Assembly: GCF_900232105.1 (NCBI RefSeq)
Contig: NZ_LT934425.1
Coordinates: 2,880,001 to 2,912,000 of the forward strand
Length of the DNA stretch: 32,000 nucleotides
Reading direction: 5' to 3'
From: Candidatus Kuenenia stuttgartensis
GTDB taxonomy: Bacteria; Planctomycetota; Brocadiia; Brocadiales; Brocadiaceae
A program made the position numbers and the translations under genes. The notes beneath the pieces are model-generated. The model did not search any database. It saw only the letters and a list, made by a program, of their open reading frames with translations, and had not been told where the DNA came from. Positions 7,458 through 17,101 of the stretch are shown here, in pieces. Position 1 is the first letter of the stretch. Each line of letters starts with the position of its first letter.

Positions 7458-9290
7458 CTATTCCTGCAACAAGGCTTTGCCTTGTTTGCAGGATTTAGGT
7501 TGTAGTTTATTGTAAATCGTGTGCTGCTTTTCCGTGGGCGCTGTGCAGGTTCTGACGTCAATAACGCAGCCGTCCTTTGTGTTCATGGTCGTTGTTACCC
7601 TTATATGGGTGGCAAGGATATTACGAATCGTATTCCAATTATAATGAACCCCTGCGGTTCTTAGCTTTTTTAATATCCCGGCAAGTATGTGATAGGCCAA
7701 TACAGTGACATGCACGTGGGCAATGGTTGGGGTATCTGTGTGGTGAAAGTTTGGCCGTAAACCAAGGTTGCCTTTCATTGTTTTAAAACTTTCCTCAACA
7801 GTACTCAACGACCTATGGAGCTTTGATATCTCTTCCCCGCTAAGATCAAGTCGGTTTGTCCGTAATACATACGTGCCTATGGCTTCTTCCTTTGCTTGCG
7901 CCTGAGCATTTTTCTTAAATTTGATATCGGTCGCTTTGCCATCCGTCTGTTCCACTTTGATCGTATATAAATTGCCCACCTTGTAGCGTTCTTTTAACCG
8001 GCCTATCCTCTCTATGATCGTATCATATTTTTTCTGTCTTTTTGGCTTCTCTAATCCTTCTTTTATTGCCGAGAGCGCCTCTTCAAACCTTTGTTCTTTC
8101 AGGGAAAGGATGGACTTCTCTTTTGGCTCTTTTGCCTCGCTGTGGCATAAAAGGAATGCCTCTTCTTCAGTACGGACTAATTTCATGCCCAACGTTGTTT
8201 TCCCGTCTGATAACATAATCTTCTCTTCGTCCGTTTCAGGCCAAAAAGTATCTTCAAAAGATTTCTTGCGCGAGACGACCACATATTTATAGCCACTCTT
8301 CCTGATAAGCGCAATGTTCTCTTCCGTTGCAACCCCTGCGTCCATAACTATCGTTCTATCATTTGAAAACATACCGTCTTCTTTTTTTAATCCCTCCAAA
8401 ATATCTTTCAGGGTACCAGGCTCCGACACATTGCCCTCAAAAACCTTGCTCTGCTTGGGAAATCCCTCTTCATCAACGGTAAGGGATAGCGTAATTAACG
8501 GACAATCATTACGGCTCTCTTTTGATTTGTAGCGCCGGGCCACCTTACTCCCTCTTTTGCTACCCTCAAAATAGGTATTTGTTAAATCATATAAAATCAC
8601 CGTCTCTTTAAGGGAAAATATCTCTCGCGCCCGCTTTGACAACTCTTGCTCTATGGCGGCATGATTCTCCCAAAGCAAGACTGCCGCGCGATGCAGCGCT
8701 TTATCATACAGTTTAACCCCGGAGTCCAACAGCTCTCCCGCCCCGCTTGTTTCAGAAAGCCATCGCACGGTATCACGCTCGCTGCCGGGATGAACCATTC
8801 TCCCCACAATGAGCATCTTGGAATAGGCAATCTGGTCATCTGTAAAATCAAGCCCTTGCAATATCTTATCAAACCCGTATTCATTCATTTGGCTTATGGC
8901 CACGTGTTCGGCGCCTACGGTCTTTGCATCATTTGTTATCAGGGAATTAATATTCACATGCTCGTATTGAGCAGGTTCTTCCCCTGCTGATTCACCGCCG
9001 GTAATACGTTCTTGCGCCCTGTCCAACCGCTCCTGTCTTATCTGGCTGGCATAATGCCTTGCTTTCGCCTCTATTTCAGGATCTTGAGGAAACAACGTTT
9101 TTTGATTTGCTAAAAATCCTTCAATGCAATTGGCAAGGGTCTTCCACTTCTCCTCGGGCAGACTAAGCTGCCCAAGGTTTAAGACTATTTGCTGTCTTGG
9201 CCCTGAAGGGGTGCGAATGGATTCGATGAGTTGGTGTTGTATGTAGCTCTTCCCGCCATTCACTTTTTTGATCTTTTCACGGATAAACAC
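7458..9290 (-). CDS. IS1634-family transposase, apparently full length
   Basis: 610-aa ORF with GKSYIQHQLIESIRTPSGPRQQIVLNLG N-terminus, ILYDLTNTYFEGSKRGSKVARRYKSKESRNDCPLITLSL catalytic region and ...ESFKTMKGNLGLRPNFHHTDTPTIAHVHVTVLAYHI. Confidence 0.92.
   Translation of the reverse strand: MFIREKIKKVNGGKSYIQHQLIESIRTPSGPRQQIVLNLGQLSLPEEKWKTLANCIEGFLANQKTLFPQDPEIEAKARHYASQIRQERLDRAQERITGGESAGEEPAQYEHVNINSLITNDAKTVGAEHVAISQMNEYGFDKILQGLDFTDDQIAYSKMLIVGRMVHPGSERDTVRWLSETSGAGELLDSGVKLYDKALHRAAVLLWENHAAIEQELSKRAREIFSLKETVILYDLTNTYFEGSKRGSKVARRYKSKESRNDCPLITLSLTVDEEGFPKQSKVFEGNVSEPGTLKDILEGLKKEDGMFSNDRTIVMDAGVATEENIALIRKSGYKYVVVSRKKSFEDTFWPETDEEKIMLSDGKTTLGMKLVRTEEEAFLLCHSEAKEPKEKSILSLKEQRFEEALSAIKEGLEKPKRQKKYDTIIERIGRLKERYKVGNLYTIKVEQTDGKATDIKFKKNAQAQAKEEAIGTYVLRTNRLDLSGEEISKLHRSLSTVEESFKTMKGNLGLRPNFHHTDTPTIAHVHVTVLAYHILAGILKKLRTAGVHYNWNTIRNILATHIRVTTTMNTKDGCVIDVRTCTAPTEKQHTIYNKLQPKSCKQGKALLQE
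7463..7492. repeat. Imperfect inverted repeat at 3' end of IS1634-family transposase
   Basis: CCTGCAACAAGGC-TTT-GCCTTGTTTGCAGG (one extra T in right arm). Confidence 0.5.
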
Positions 9291-9549
9291 ACCGGTATTT
9301 TACCATGTAAGCAATGGCGCCGCAAGCATAAACAATAATATTCAGGCACTACATTAAACGCCGAAAGCAACATTCAACCATACCAATAGGTTACGACTAT
9401 TATACGCTCAATTTCTTGCCTTTTTCAGGGTAAATTTGTCGAAGTTGGGTTAAGAGTACCGTATTTTACAGTAGGCACTAATCCCATTCTCACGAGTAAA
9501 AATACCTTGTGAGTGAAAATAAAATAGTTAAAAAGTGTAGTAAAAGCAA

Positions 9550-10101
9550 CTATGCGACCAATCGAGCCCCTTCTGCCCTGGAAAAATCGATTCGTTCAAG
9601 AATAAATTTTGTAAGGATTGACTTTTGAGATGAATCCACGAGAAATTCAGGAAGGCAATTTCTCATTGCAATGGCCGTCACTTGTTCTGAAGGACAAATT
9701 CCCGGTCTCATAGTCCGCAACCATGACCCGAAGGAATTCCAAACAAGCGATGGAAATGCTGAAGAAATATATTGCAAAAGCCCCTGTGCAATAACGCCGG
9801 CCTGTATATGTCTGTGATAGGCTGCAAGTTTTCTGCGAACTGCATTTCTGTATTCAGAGCTTCTTTTGTGAACATGTTGATTGCCGGAACGCCTTTTAAT
9901 TGGCTGCATATTTCTCATCCAAAAATGGTAGGCATATGTGCCCAAGGTTCTAAGCGCCTGTTTGAAAGACACTTCGATTTTGAAACGCAATCCATACAGG
10001 CAGATAATTTCCATTGCATTAATAGTTAAATCCGTACTCATTAAAATAATTTTCCCTCTTTGAGGGTGATCCACCAATACAAATCGAATAAGAATACCCA
10101 C
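9550..10101 (-). pseudogene. C-terminal fragment of a DDE (IS4-superfamily-like) transposase
   Basis: LMSTDLTINAMEIICLYGLRFKIEVSFKQALRTLGTYAYHFWM resembles the E-box region of IS4/IS701-type transposases. No N-terminal part on either side of the adjacent ISL3 element. Confidence 0.6.
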
Positions 10102-10137
10102 GGGTTTCCAAAGCAGATCAAGGGTTCTATAATTTAT

Positions 10138-11518
10138 GCCTCATCCGCAGAATCTGTGGGTAAGTATTGGTTCCGGCAAATTACCAAGAGTATGATACAA
10201 GGCTGTTTGCAGGCATTCCAGAGATTTATAACCATAAGCCTTTCTCATAGTCAGTTTCGCCTTAAGGTTAAACCCCTCAACCGTACCGGAAGAAAGTCTG
10301 CCATCAGCCTTGAACCAGTTGAGAATGAGCTGCTTGTGATTGCGCAACATCTTTGCCACTTTTTTCATAGGTTCCAGGTTGGTTTTTAGGGTTCTCGTAA
10401 TCCAGTTCTCGAGAAACCTGTCTGCATACGCCGGATACTTATACTCCCAAAAACGCTGAAAATCTTCACGCATTAAATATGCCTTTATTGAACTCAGGTT
10501 GATCTTAACTATCTGGCTTAACCGTACCGTTTGCTTTTCTGTCAAGTTCTCAGGCCTTTTCAACAGTAACCAACGGCTCTTTTCCAAAACATTGTCTGTG
10601 CCTTCATCCTTGAGCTTTTTGACCTCTTCCCTCCGTATCTGGTCTATGGCTTCATTGAATTTCTTCATGATGTGGAAACGGTCAAGAATATTAAGCGCCT
10701 GGGAAGCCTTCTTCGCTATCACCTTCAGGTACGGCGACCACATATCGCTGCAAACGAATTTGATTCTCAGACAACGTTCTATACCTAACTCCATGAAAAA
10801 CTTCCGCAGGGTCTTTGCCTTCCGCTCAGGGCCACTCCATAAAAGCCTTTTGGCATGCGAATCAAGCTGATATACAAGGGTTAAATACTTGTGGCCACTC
10901 CAGACTTGTATCTCGTCTATTCCTATTTCCGTTATATTCTCCAAGTCCCTGTGGGCAAGGCCGTAGGCAACTACAAACTGCACTGCCCTATACACACTGT
11001 CCCAACTGGACTTGAATATCTCGGCTGTCTCTTTCCAACTCAGGCGTTTAGCCCATCGAGACAGGAATACCTTGTATGTGGTGGTCATCTGCTCCTTACC
11101 TTCTGACCAGGGAATTCGCTCTACATGGATTCCGTCCACTGGACAGGCGGCGCGTCGCGGGGAATATCGGAAAAATACTTGAAACCCCCATAATGGCGGA
11201 TACTCGTATAACCGGGACGGCTGTGTATCATACCCAGACGCTCTCTTCCCACATACTGAACATTCAGGCTTGGCATTTACCCTCGGCTTTATATCTGCTA
11301 CTAATGCCTTTCTACCATTTATGACCTCGAAACTGACTGCTTTGTAAACAAATGACTTGAAATTCTCTACCGTATTTAATAATGTCTTTATCTGCATTGC
11401 CTCTCCTTTTGGGTTAAGATGCTTTCTTGATAAAAAACATCTTACTCCCTTTGGGATGGCAATGCACCTTTTCTCTTACTAATCCTTACTTATTACCCAC
11501 AGATTCTGCGGACGAGCC
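10138..11518. mobile_element. Complete ISL3-family insertion sequence
   Basis: Ends GCCTCATCCGCAGAATCTGTGGGTAA (from 10138) and the reverse complement of the right end GGCTCGTCCGCAGAATCTGTGGGTAA (ending 11518) form terminal inverted repeats around an intact transposase. Confidence 0.88.
10141..11397 (-). CDS. ISL3-family transposase
   Basis: CSVCGKRASGYDTQPSRLYEYPPLWGFQVFFRYSPRRAACPVDG; IGIDEIQVWSGHKYLTLVYQLDSHAKRLLW; ALNILDRFHIMKKFNEAIDQIRREE; SGTVEGFNLKAKLTMRKAYGYKS. Confidence 0.95.
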   Translation of the reverse strand: MQIKTLLNTVENFKSFVYKAVSFEVINGRKALVADIKPRVNAKPECSVCGKRASGYDTQPSRLYEYPPLWGFQVFFRYSPRRAACPVDGIHVERIPWSEGKEQMTTTYKVFLSRWAKRLSWKETAEIFKSSWDSVYRAVQFVVAYGLAHRDLENITEIGIDEIQVWSGHKYLTLVYQLDSHAKRLLWSGPERKAKTLRKFFMELGIERCLRIKFVCSDMWSPYLKVIAKKASQALNILDRFHIMKKFNEAIDQIRREEVKKLKDEGTDNVLEKSRWLLLKRPENLTEKQTVRLSQIVKINLSSIKAYLMREDFQRFWEYKYPAYADRFLENWITRTLKTNLEPMKKVAKMLRNHKQLILNWFKADGRLSSGTVEGFNLKAKLTMRKAYGYKSLECLQTALYHTLGNLPEPILTHRFCG

Positions 11519-11735
11519 GGTATTTCATTACAGAGGAAGTTGTTTCCACAAACCAAAATAATTGGAGAAATCACTTTGTACTACTATCCATCAACTTCTT
11601 GTTTTTTATGCTCGTTTTTCAAAATGCATAACCGTAAGGCATTGATTAGATGAGGATTACGTAAAGTTTGGAGCATTGGGTTTTTTGTCATTTGAATTTG
11701 TTTCGTATTTCGATATTCGTATTTTGAATTTGGTT

Positions 11736-11750
11736 GCGGCCAAAGGCCGC
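11736..11750. terminator. Small GC-rich hairpin
   Basis: GCGGCC-AAA-GGCCGC immediately upstream of the 11764 ATG; terminator function not shown (no T-tract). Confidence 0.25.
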
Positions 11751-11763
11751 GCCAAGTGTTTCT

Positions 11764-12018
11764 ATGTCTGATTATTCATCTGTTATATCTGCTGTTGCTA
11801 CGGTTGGACTTGTTGCATTTTCTGTCTTCCAGTGGATAAGTCTAAAAGCAAGGGTAAAGGAATCGGCCAAATCCCGTTACGCTTCATTGATTCTATCGGT
11901 TGAAGAAATAATGCAAAAGTTGGTACCTGATCTACTCTCCATTCACAGTCTTGAGGCTACAAGACATGCAAGTTGGGAATTGGATGAACGCCGTGCCGCT
12001 GACCATGTTGTGGGTTAA
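11764..12018 (+). CDS. Small hypothetical membrane-anchored protein (possibly truncated)
   Basis: MSDYSSVISAVATVGLVAFSVFQWISLKARVKESAKSRYASLILSVEEIMQKL: N-terminal TM segment. The ORF track's TTG start at 11734 lies in a hairpin; ATG at 11764 preferred. Confidence 0.4.
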   Translation: MSDYSSVISAVATVGLVAFSVFQWISLKARVKESAKSRYASLILSVEEIMQKLVPDLLSIHSLEATRHASWELDERRAADHVVG

Positions 12019-12328
12019 CTTCAACGTGTATCATTTTTATGCGAAAATAGAAGGTCTTAACCCCTTGAAATTTTTTAATAGTTCACTGCAGAGGGCGCGG
12101 AGAAAACAAATACAACATATATCTGCATAATTTTCTGTTTTTTATCTCCTATTGGATCGTGCTGGGAGGGTTGGTAGGGATGAACATATGGTTCACTCCT
12201 GCATGGGCGTTGTAAAAAATTTGCCGAAGGCTTGGTTTAATTGAAAATGTGGTATTTCGTGGAAAACAATTTTCATAAAAAAAGGAAGGTATTGGGGTTA
12301 ACCAATGGGGGGATTCTTTCCTTTTCTA

Positions 12329-13117
12329 TCAGTTTTTGGACAGCGATTTCATTTTTTCCTTTGTAATTTCAATATTGAATTTTGCTTCCAGATTATCAGG
12401 TTCCAGTTCAAGCACTTTTTCCCATCTCGCAATCGCCTCCTGGTAGTTTCCTTCCCGATATTGTTCTAATGCGTCATCTAAAAGTGTTTGTAATCTTTCT
12501 TTTTTTTGCGCATCGGATAATTCTTTCATTTCTTCCCGCGCAAAAGGTTTTTTATCTGTTTGAATCTCCAGTGCTTCCTCGTTTTCAGGGAATTCTACTT
12601 CATTCTTTTCCTCTTTAATCAGTTCACGGTTTGCGAGAGGTGTTTCTTTTGTTTGTGGTATAATTGCTTTTTTTGCAAACGTAGTATCTTCTTTTTGGCT
12701 AATCAAACGTTGGTTTTGCAGGATAGCAATCTGATTGCGTAGCTCAGAGTTTGCCTTCTCGATTTCACCCAGATGTTTTTCAATAGTCTCTATATCGTTT
12801 GTGAGATAAGAAAGGGTGGTTTCCATGGAATTATTTTTTGATTCAAGGTCGGTTCTGATAGTAGTTAGCATTTCAGATAAATTCGAATATTTTGCATCCA
12901 TGCTCATATTTTTTTGTGTAAGCATTTCAATGCGTGTCGTCGCATTTTTAGTAGTATAATCTAAATCCTTAAATTGTTTCTCGAAAGTATTTATTTTTTG
13001 ATCAATCTGCGCCAAATGTGCCTCAGTATCTTTGCTGGTTTTTGTCTCAACAGTAATACATCCTGTTAGTGTAGAAAATACCATCGGTGCCAGAAAGAGC
13101 GTGACAAATTTTGCCAT
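12329..13117 (-). CDS. Coiled-coil/TPR lipoprotein
   Basis: Lipobox-like MVFSTLTGC, long coiled coil, TPR-like EQYREGNYQEAIARWEKVLELEPDNLEAKFNI. Confidence 0.7.
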   Translation of the reverse strand: MAKFVTLFLAPMVFSTLTGCITVETKTSKDTEAHLAQIDQKINTFEKQFKDLDYTTKNATTRIEMLTQKNMSMDAKYSNLSEMLTTIRTDLESKNNSMETTLSYLTNDIETIEKHLGEIEKANSELRNQIAILQNQRLISQKEDTTFAKKAIIPQTKETPLANRELIKEEKNEVEFPENEEALEIQTDKKPFAREEMKELSDAQKKERLQTLLDDALEQYREGNYQEAIARWEKVLELEPDNLEAKFNIEITKEKMKSLSKN

Positions 13118-13213
13118 AATCGCCCCCTTCTATGGGTTAAGTTTGGAGGTAACGAGCTTATCTTGTTTATGCATCACGTTATCGTAAGGATATATGTGGC
13201 AGGAATATAAAAT

Positions 13214-13816
13214 TCATTTCATTTTTTCTAAATCGAAAGGGAATGATGCCTCTTTTTCTTCTTCCGGATCAAAAACAACCAATGTTATTGGCATATTTAA
13301 ATCAATATCGTAAACAGGGAATTTAAATACCATTCTTGCCATTTGGCTCGGGGGATTTGGCCAAAATTCACTGGCATCGGCAATATCTGGTTTAAATTCA
13401 TATATAGGTCTGATTTCCAGATCTTTTTGACAAAGTTTTGCAGTTTGAAATACTGCGAAATTAAATGCGTCCCCGTAAACAGTTACGGTAAATACAAGCG
13501 CATTTCCTATTTCTAAAGCATTCAAAATGTCCCGGTTGGTAAGATTTTTATGTTCTATTTCAAACTTTTTTGCCTTGTAAGCAACATTGTGGTAAGGAGT
13601 GAATAATGTGGCAAAGCCTATTCCCTTTCCGAGGGATACCGTCCATTCTTTTGAAAAGGCAACGAAATCAACCTCTTTATTTTGCCTTCCGTATTGGATT
13701 GCCTCCTGTATCTGTTCTGGCGCTAAACGTAAGGATACTGCTTGTGCTGGTGCTAAAAAACAGAGGGCAAGGACAATAAAGATGCTATTCGTTACGAGAA
13801 AGATTTTTTTCACCAT
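13214..13816 (-). CDS. Secreted hypothetical protein
   Basis: Signal peptide MVKKIFLVTNSIFIVLALCFLAPAQA; 200 aa, RBS present. Confidence 0.65.
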   Translation of the reverse strand: MVKKIFLVTNSIFIVLALCFLAPAQAVSLRLAPEQIQEAIQYGRQNKEVDFVAFSKEWTVSLGKGIGFATLFTPYHNVAYKAKKFEIEHKNLTNRDILNALEIGNALVFTVTVYGDAFNFAVFQTAKLCQKDLEIRPIYEFKPDIADASEFWPNPPSQMARMVFKFPVYDIDLNMPITLVVFDPEEEKEASFPFDLEKMK

Positions 13817-13888
13817 ATGCCATCCTACTTACTTTTAAAACGTTATAAGCAACGTTAAATAAAAATGATACCGGTCATCTGCCGTGTC

Positions 13889-14200
13889 TTATTCATCCTC
13901 ATCCACATCTTCTTCCTCTTCGTCTTCACCGTGCCCCCATTCAGCATCTTCCACTCCTTCTGCTCCTGCTTCTACGGCCGTATCAGCGGTAGGCCTCACG
14001 ACATAATTCTTTCCGGTTTTCATTAAACTTGCGGTACACATGATGAAAACTATACCAAAAGCAATTGCACCGAGGAAGGTAACCATTGCGCCAATACCGT
14101 TTACCATCCCCTCTACTTTTTTGTTTGTCATAACCTTCTCTGATTTCTCAGAAACAACTCCATTTACCTTGTCGATCATCGCGTTGACCTTGTTGAGCAT
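13889..14200 (-). CDS. Small single-TM protein with strongly acidic C-terminal tail
   Basis: MVTFLGAIAFGIVFIMCTASLM TM segment and DAEWGHGEDEEEEDVDEDE tail. Confidence 0.6.
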   Translation of the reverse strand: MLNKVNAMIDKVNGVVSEKSEKVMTNKKVEGMVNGIGAMVTFLGAIAFGIVFIMCTASLMKTGKNYVVRPTADTAVEAGAEGVEDAEWGHGEDEEEEDVDEDE

Positions 14201-14271
14201 TTTTTTCTTCCTCCTTTGATTTTTACAGCGTTTACGTTATTGCCTGAAAACTAAAATAAGACTATGTTTTT

Positions 14272-15072
14272 TTACCTCTCCGTCCGGGTCAGGTTGTTGT
14301 ACTTTGATAGTTCTTCATCTGCTTCTACAATTAATCCTTTTTGCCGATAGGCAGATTCCAGATTTTTATAAGCTTTAATGTAATAGGGATCTATAGCAAG
14401 GGCTTCTTTAAATTCGCGTATTTGATCTTCAACCATTTTCATTTCACCGTAAGCAATACCAAGGTTAAAGTGAATCTTTGCGTCGTTTGGCGCTAATGTC
14501 AACGCTTTTTTGTATTGAATAATTTCCTCGGTTAACATGCCTTTTTGTCCATAGACAACACCCAAATTGAACTGCGCATTGAAATAATCAGGATAGAGTT
14601 CTGTTACTTTTTTGTATGCGGCAATTGATTCATCAAATTTCTCTTTTTTACGGTAAGCATGCCCTAAATTGTACAGACCCTCTAAATTATACGGATCGAT
14701 GCTTATTAATTTTTGGTAAGTGGATACTTCCTCATCTACCATGCCTTTCGAGCCATATGCAATTGCCAGGTTAAAATATGCATCCTCAAATTCAGCATTC
14801 AGGTCAATTGCCGTTTTGTATGACTCTATTTCTTTATCAAACATCCTTTTTTTGCTATACGCAACCCCAAGGTTATTGTAAATATTTGCATAGCCTGGAT
14901 TTATCTTTATTGCGGCATGGTATTCCGAGATTGCCTCATCCAGCATTCCCTGCATATTGTATTCGTTTCCCAACTTGTAATGTATCTCAAAATCATCAAA
15001 AAATTCTGTTGCGAAAATTTGGAGGGTACAAAACAGGTTGAGTAGTAATAAAAGAGGTGCAATTCGTATCAT
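14272..15072 (-). CDS. TPR-repeat protein with signal peptide
   Basis: Signal peptide then repeated A-Y.NLG.AY..KG...E.I..Y..AI..P TPR units. Confidence 0.85.
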   Translation of the reverse strand: MIRIAPLLLLLNLFCTLQIFATEFFDDFEIHYKLGNEYNMQGMLDEAISEYHAAIKINPGYANIYNNLGVAYSKKRMFDKEIESYKTAIDLNAEFEDAYFNLAIAYGSKGMVDEEVSTYQKLISIDPYNLEGLYNLGHAYRKKEKFDESIAAYKKVTELYPDYFNAQFNLGVVYGQKGMLTEEIIQYKKALTLAPNDAKIHFNLGIAYGEMKMVEDQIREFKEALAIDPYYIKAYKNLESAYRQKGLIVEADEELSKYNNLTRTER

Positions 15073-15362
15073 AAGTTTATTTGGCTGGGATAAAACCAGA
15101 ATATTTTTTTGTTTTTATCGTCAATTTTTTTAACGATTTCATAAAACTCAGTTTTAGAAATGTCTTCTAATTTTTTGCCGTATGTTTTAACGGTTTTATT
15201 AAAAGCCATTACCTTTTCCGCAAGGTTGTCATGGGTTTTGGCAGATCCGCCAAGGATATAAAAATTTTCTCCCGTGGTAATCCTTTTATGATTATCTTCG
15301 TGGTCAAATGCAAGGCCAAGCAAGACGATATTTTCGTTTGAAGATTTGCGTTGATATGGCAA
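15069..15362 (-). CDS. Hypothetical protein, overlapping start of TPR gene
   Basis: 97-aa ORF whose stop overlaps the start of the downstream TPR gene, suggesting an operon. Confidence 0.5.
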   Translation of the reverse strand: MPYQRKSSNENIVLLGLAFDHEDNHKRITTGENFYILGGSAKTHDNLAEKVMAFNKTVKTYGKKLEDISKTEFYEIVKKIDDKNKKIFWFYPSQINL

Positions 15363-15586
15363 TCGCGCCTCCGTTCAAAGTTTGCTATAATTCACAATGA
15401 TAAAAGTATCAAAGGATACCATCGGTCAAAAAAAAAGTCAAGCTTCGTTTATACGGGTTCCTTGCGATTTTAGCGGTATTTTTTTAAGGGAAGCATGGGC
15501 GAAGCATTTGCTATAAATTGTCATAAATGCGTTCATACCCAAACTGGCAAATGCTTTGTCCATGCTGTTTGTTGGGGAAAAAAATG

Positions 15587-16951
15587 TTAGTGGGTTGTTA
15601 TCAAAAGCACCCTTCTGGCGATTTCGAAATAAATAATAAGTCCCGTTGCGTCCAGTATCGTTGCAATTAATGGTGCAGATACAAACGCCGGATCCAGTTT
15701 TATCAGCCGGAAAAGCAGCGGGATAGAGACTCCTACGATGTTCCCGGCACTCACTACGGAAAATAAGGAAATTCCTACCGTTGCGGCCAGTGCGGGTTGT
15801 TTTGTGGATATTGCTGCAATGGAAAAAGCAATAAATCCTAAAATTAGTCCAAGCACAACCCCTACCCGTAATTCCCTTAGTAAAATTTTCCACCATTCCC
15901 TGGTAGTTATCTCTCCCGTAGCCAGCGCCCGGATCACAAGGGTAGATGACTGGGAACCAGTATTGCCGCCTGAACCCGTTAGCATAGGGATGAAATAGGC
16001 AATTGCAATCATCGAGCTTAAGATTTCTGAGTATCCCTTCAGTATTGTTTGTGAAATGGTTGCAGCGATGACAAGTATCGCGAGCCAAACTATCCGGTTA
16101 ATCACGCGTTTTGATACTCCAACGCGGAAATATTCGTCTTCTATAGTCTGGATACCAGCCATTTTTTTAAAATCCTCGGTTGCTTCTTCTTCTACAACAT
16201 CAAGCACATCGTCAAACGTCACAATACCAACGAGCCTGTTTTCGTTATCGACTACCGGTACCGCAAGAAGATCGTATTTCTGAACCACTTTTGCCGCTTT
16301 TTCCTGGTCATCGGTGGTGTGAACAAATAAAACATGTTCATTCATTATCTCTTGTATCAGTTGGTCTGGATTCGCAAGGATGATGTTTTTGAGAGAGGTA
16401 ACCCCCCGCAATTTTTTTGTTTCATCAACGATATAGCATATGTAAATAATTTCACGGTTCAAACCTGTTTTCCGTATATGTTCAAGCGCCCGTGCAACGG
16501 TCATATGCATTTGAAGCCCCACGAACTCAGGGGTCATTATGCGGCCTGCGGAGTTAGGGGGATAATTTAAAAGCTCGTTTGCTTCCTTTCTTTCCGCGGG
16601 AGGGAGTAATTTCAGGAGTCTTTCCACAACGTCTGCAGGGAGTTCATCAAATAGCTGGGTTCTGTCGTCCGGCTCCATTTCAATTAAAAGCGTTCTTACA
16701 TGTTGTTCTGTAAATTGCTTTAGGAGCGCTTCCTGTTCGGAAGAATCAAAGAGTGAAAAGACTTCAGAACTTTTGCTCTTGTCAAGCAATCTGAAGCTTA
16801 CCACCTTCTCTGCAGGTTCCAGCCCGGCGAGAATGTCGACAATATCGGCGGGATGGCGTTCGCGAAGAAAATCCCGCAGCCGGCTGAAGTCTTTTGTCCT
16901 TATAAGTTCCTTGATTTCAGGAAGGAAAATATTTGCCCACTTTAGTTCCAT
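15587..16951 (-). CDS. mgtE: Magnesium transporter MgtE (start ATG at 16951 preferred over 16981)
   Basis: RHPADIVDILAGLEPAEKVVSFRLL, CBS domains, YFIPMLTGSGGNTGSQSSTLVIRALATGEI transmembrane signature. Confidence 0.95.
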   Translation of the reverse strand: MELKWANIFLPEIKELIRTKDFSRLRDFLRERHPADIVDILAGLEPAEKVVSFRLLDKSKSSEVFSLFDSSEQEALLKQFTEQHVRTLLIEMEPDDRTQLFDELPADVVERLLKLLPPAERKEANELLNYPPNSAGRIMTPEFVGLQMHMTVARALEHIRKTGLNREIIYICYIVDETKKLRGVTSLKNIILANPDQLIQEIMNEHVLFVHTTDDQEKAAKVVQKYDLLAVPVVDNENRLVGIVTFDDVLDVVEEEATEDFKKMAGIQTIEDEYFRVGVSKRVINRIVWLAILVIAATISQTILKGYSEILSSMIAIAYFIPMLTGSGGNTGSQSSTLVIRALATGEITTREWWKILLRELRVGVVLGLILGFIAFSIAAISTKQPALAATVGISLFSVVSAGNIVGVSIPLLFRLIKLDPAFVSAPLIATILDATGLIIYFEIARRVLLITTH

Positions 16952-17101
16952 TTTTACAAAGGTATTAAAATTTTTTGGCAACGTTCTGCCTTATTGGTTC
17001 CAGTCTGATAAATCTATTGACCTGAAAAAATTTCACAGGGGTAAAACAATGCTATTTTCATTCAACGTACCATTATTTTTTCTTTTGCACAGTGGAGGAA
17101 T

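Noticed and set aside
7463-7492. Hairpin as terminal inverted repeat of the IS1634-family element
   Set aside because: It lies at the 3' coding end of the transposase and no matching copy is visible near 9290-9400.
11521-11735. AT-rich repeats TTTCGTATTTCGATATTCGTATTTTG as a possible CRISPR or direct-repeat array
   Set aside because: Short irregular iterations without spacer structure; no cas genes in the window.
15438-16088. Minus-strand 216-aa ORF (MARDTCHRCNHFTNN...)
   Set aside because: Alternate frame of mgtE; Cys/His richness is a composition effect.
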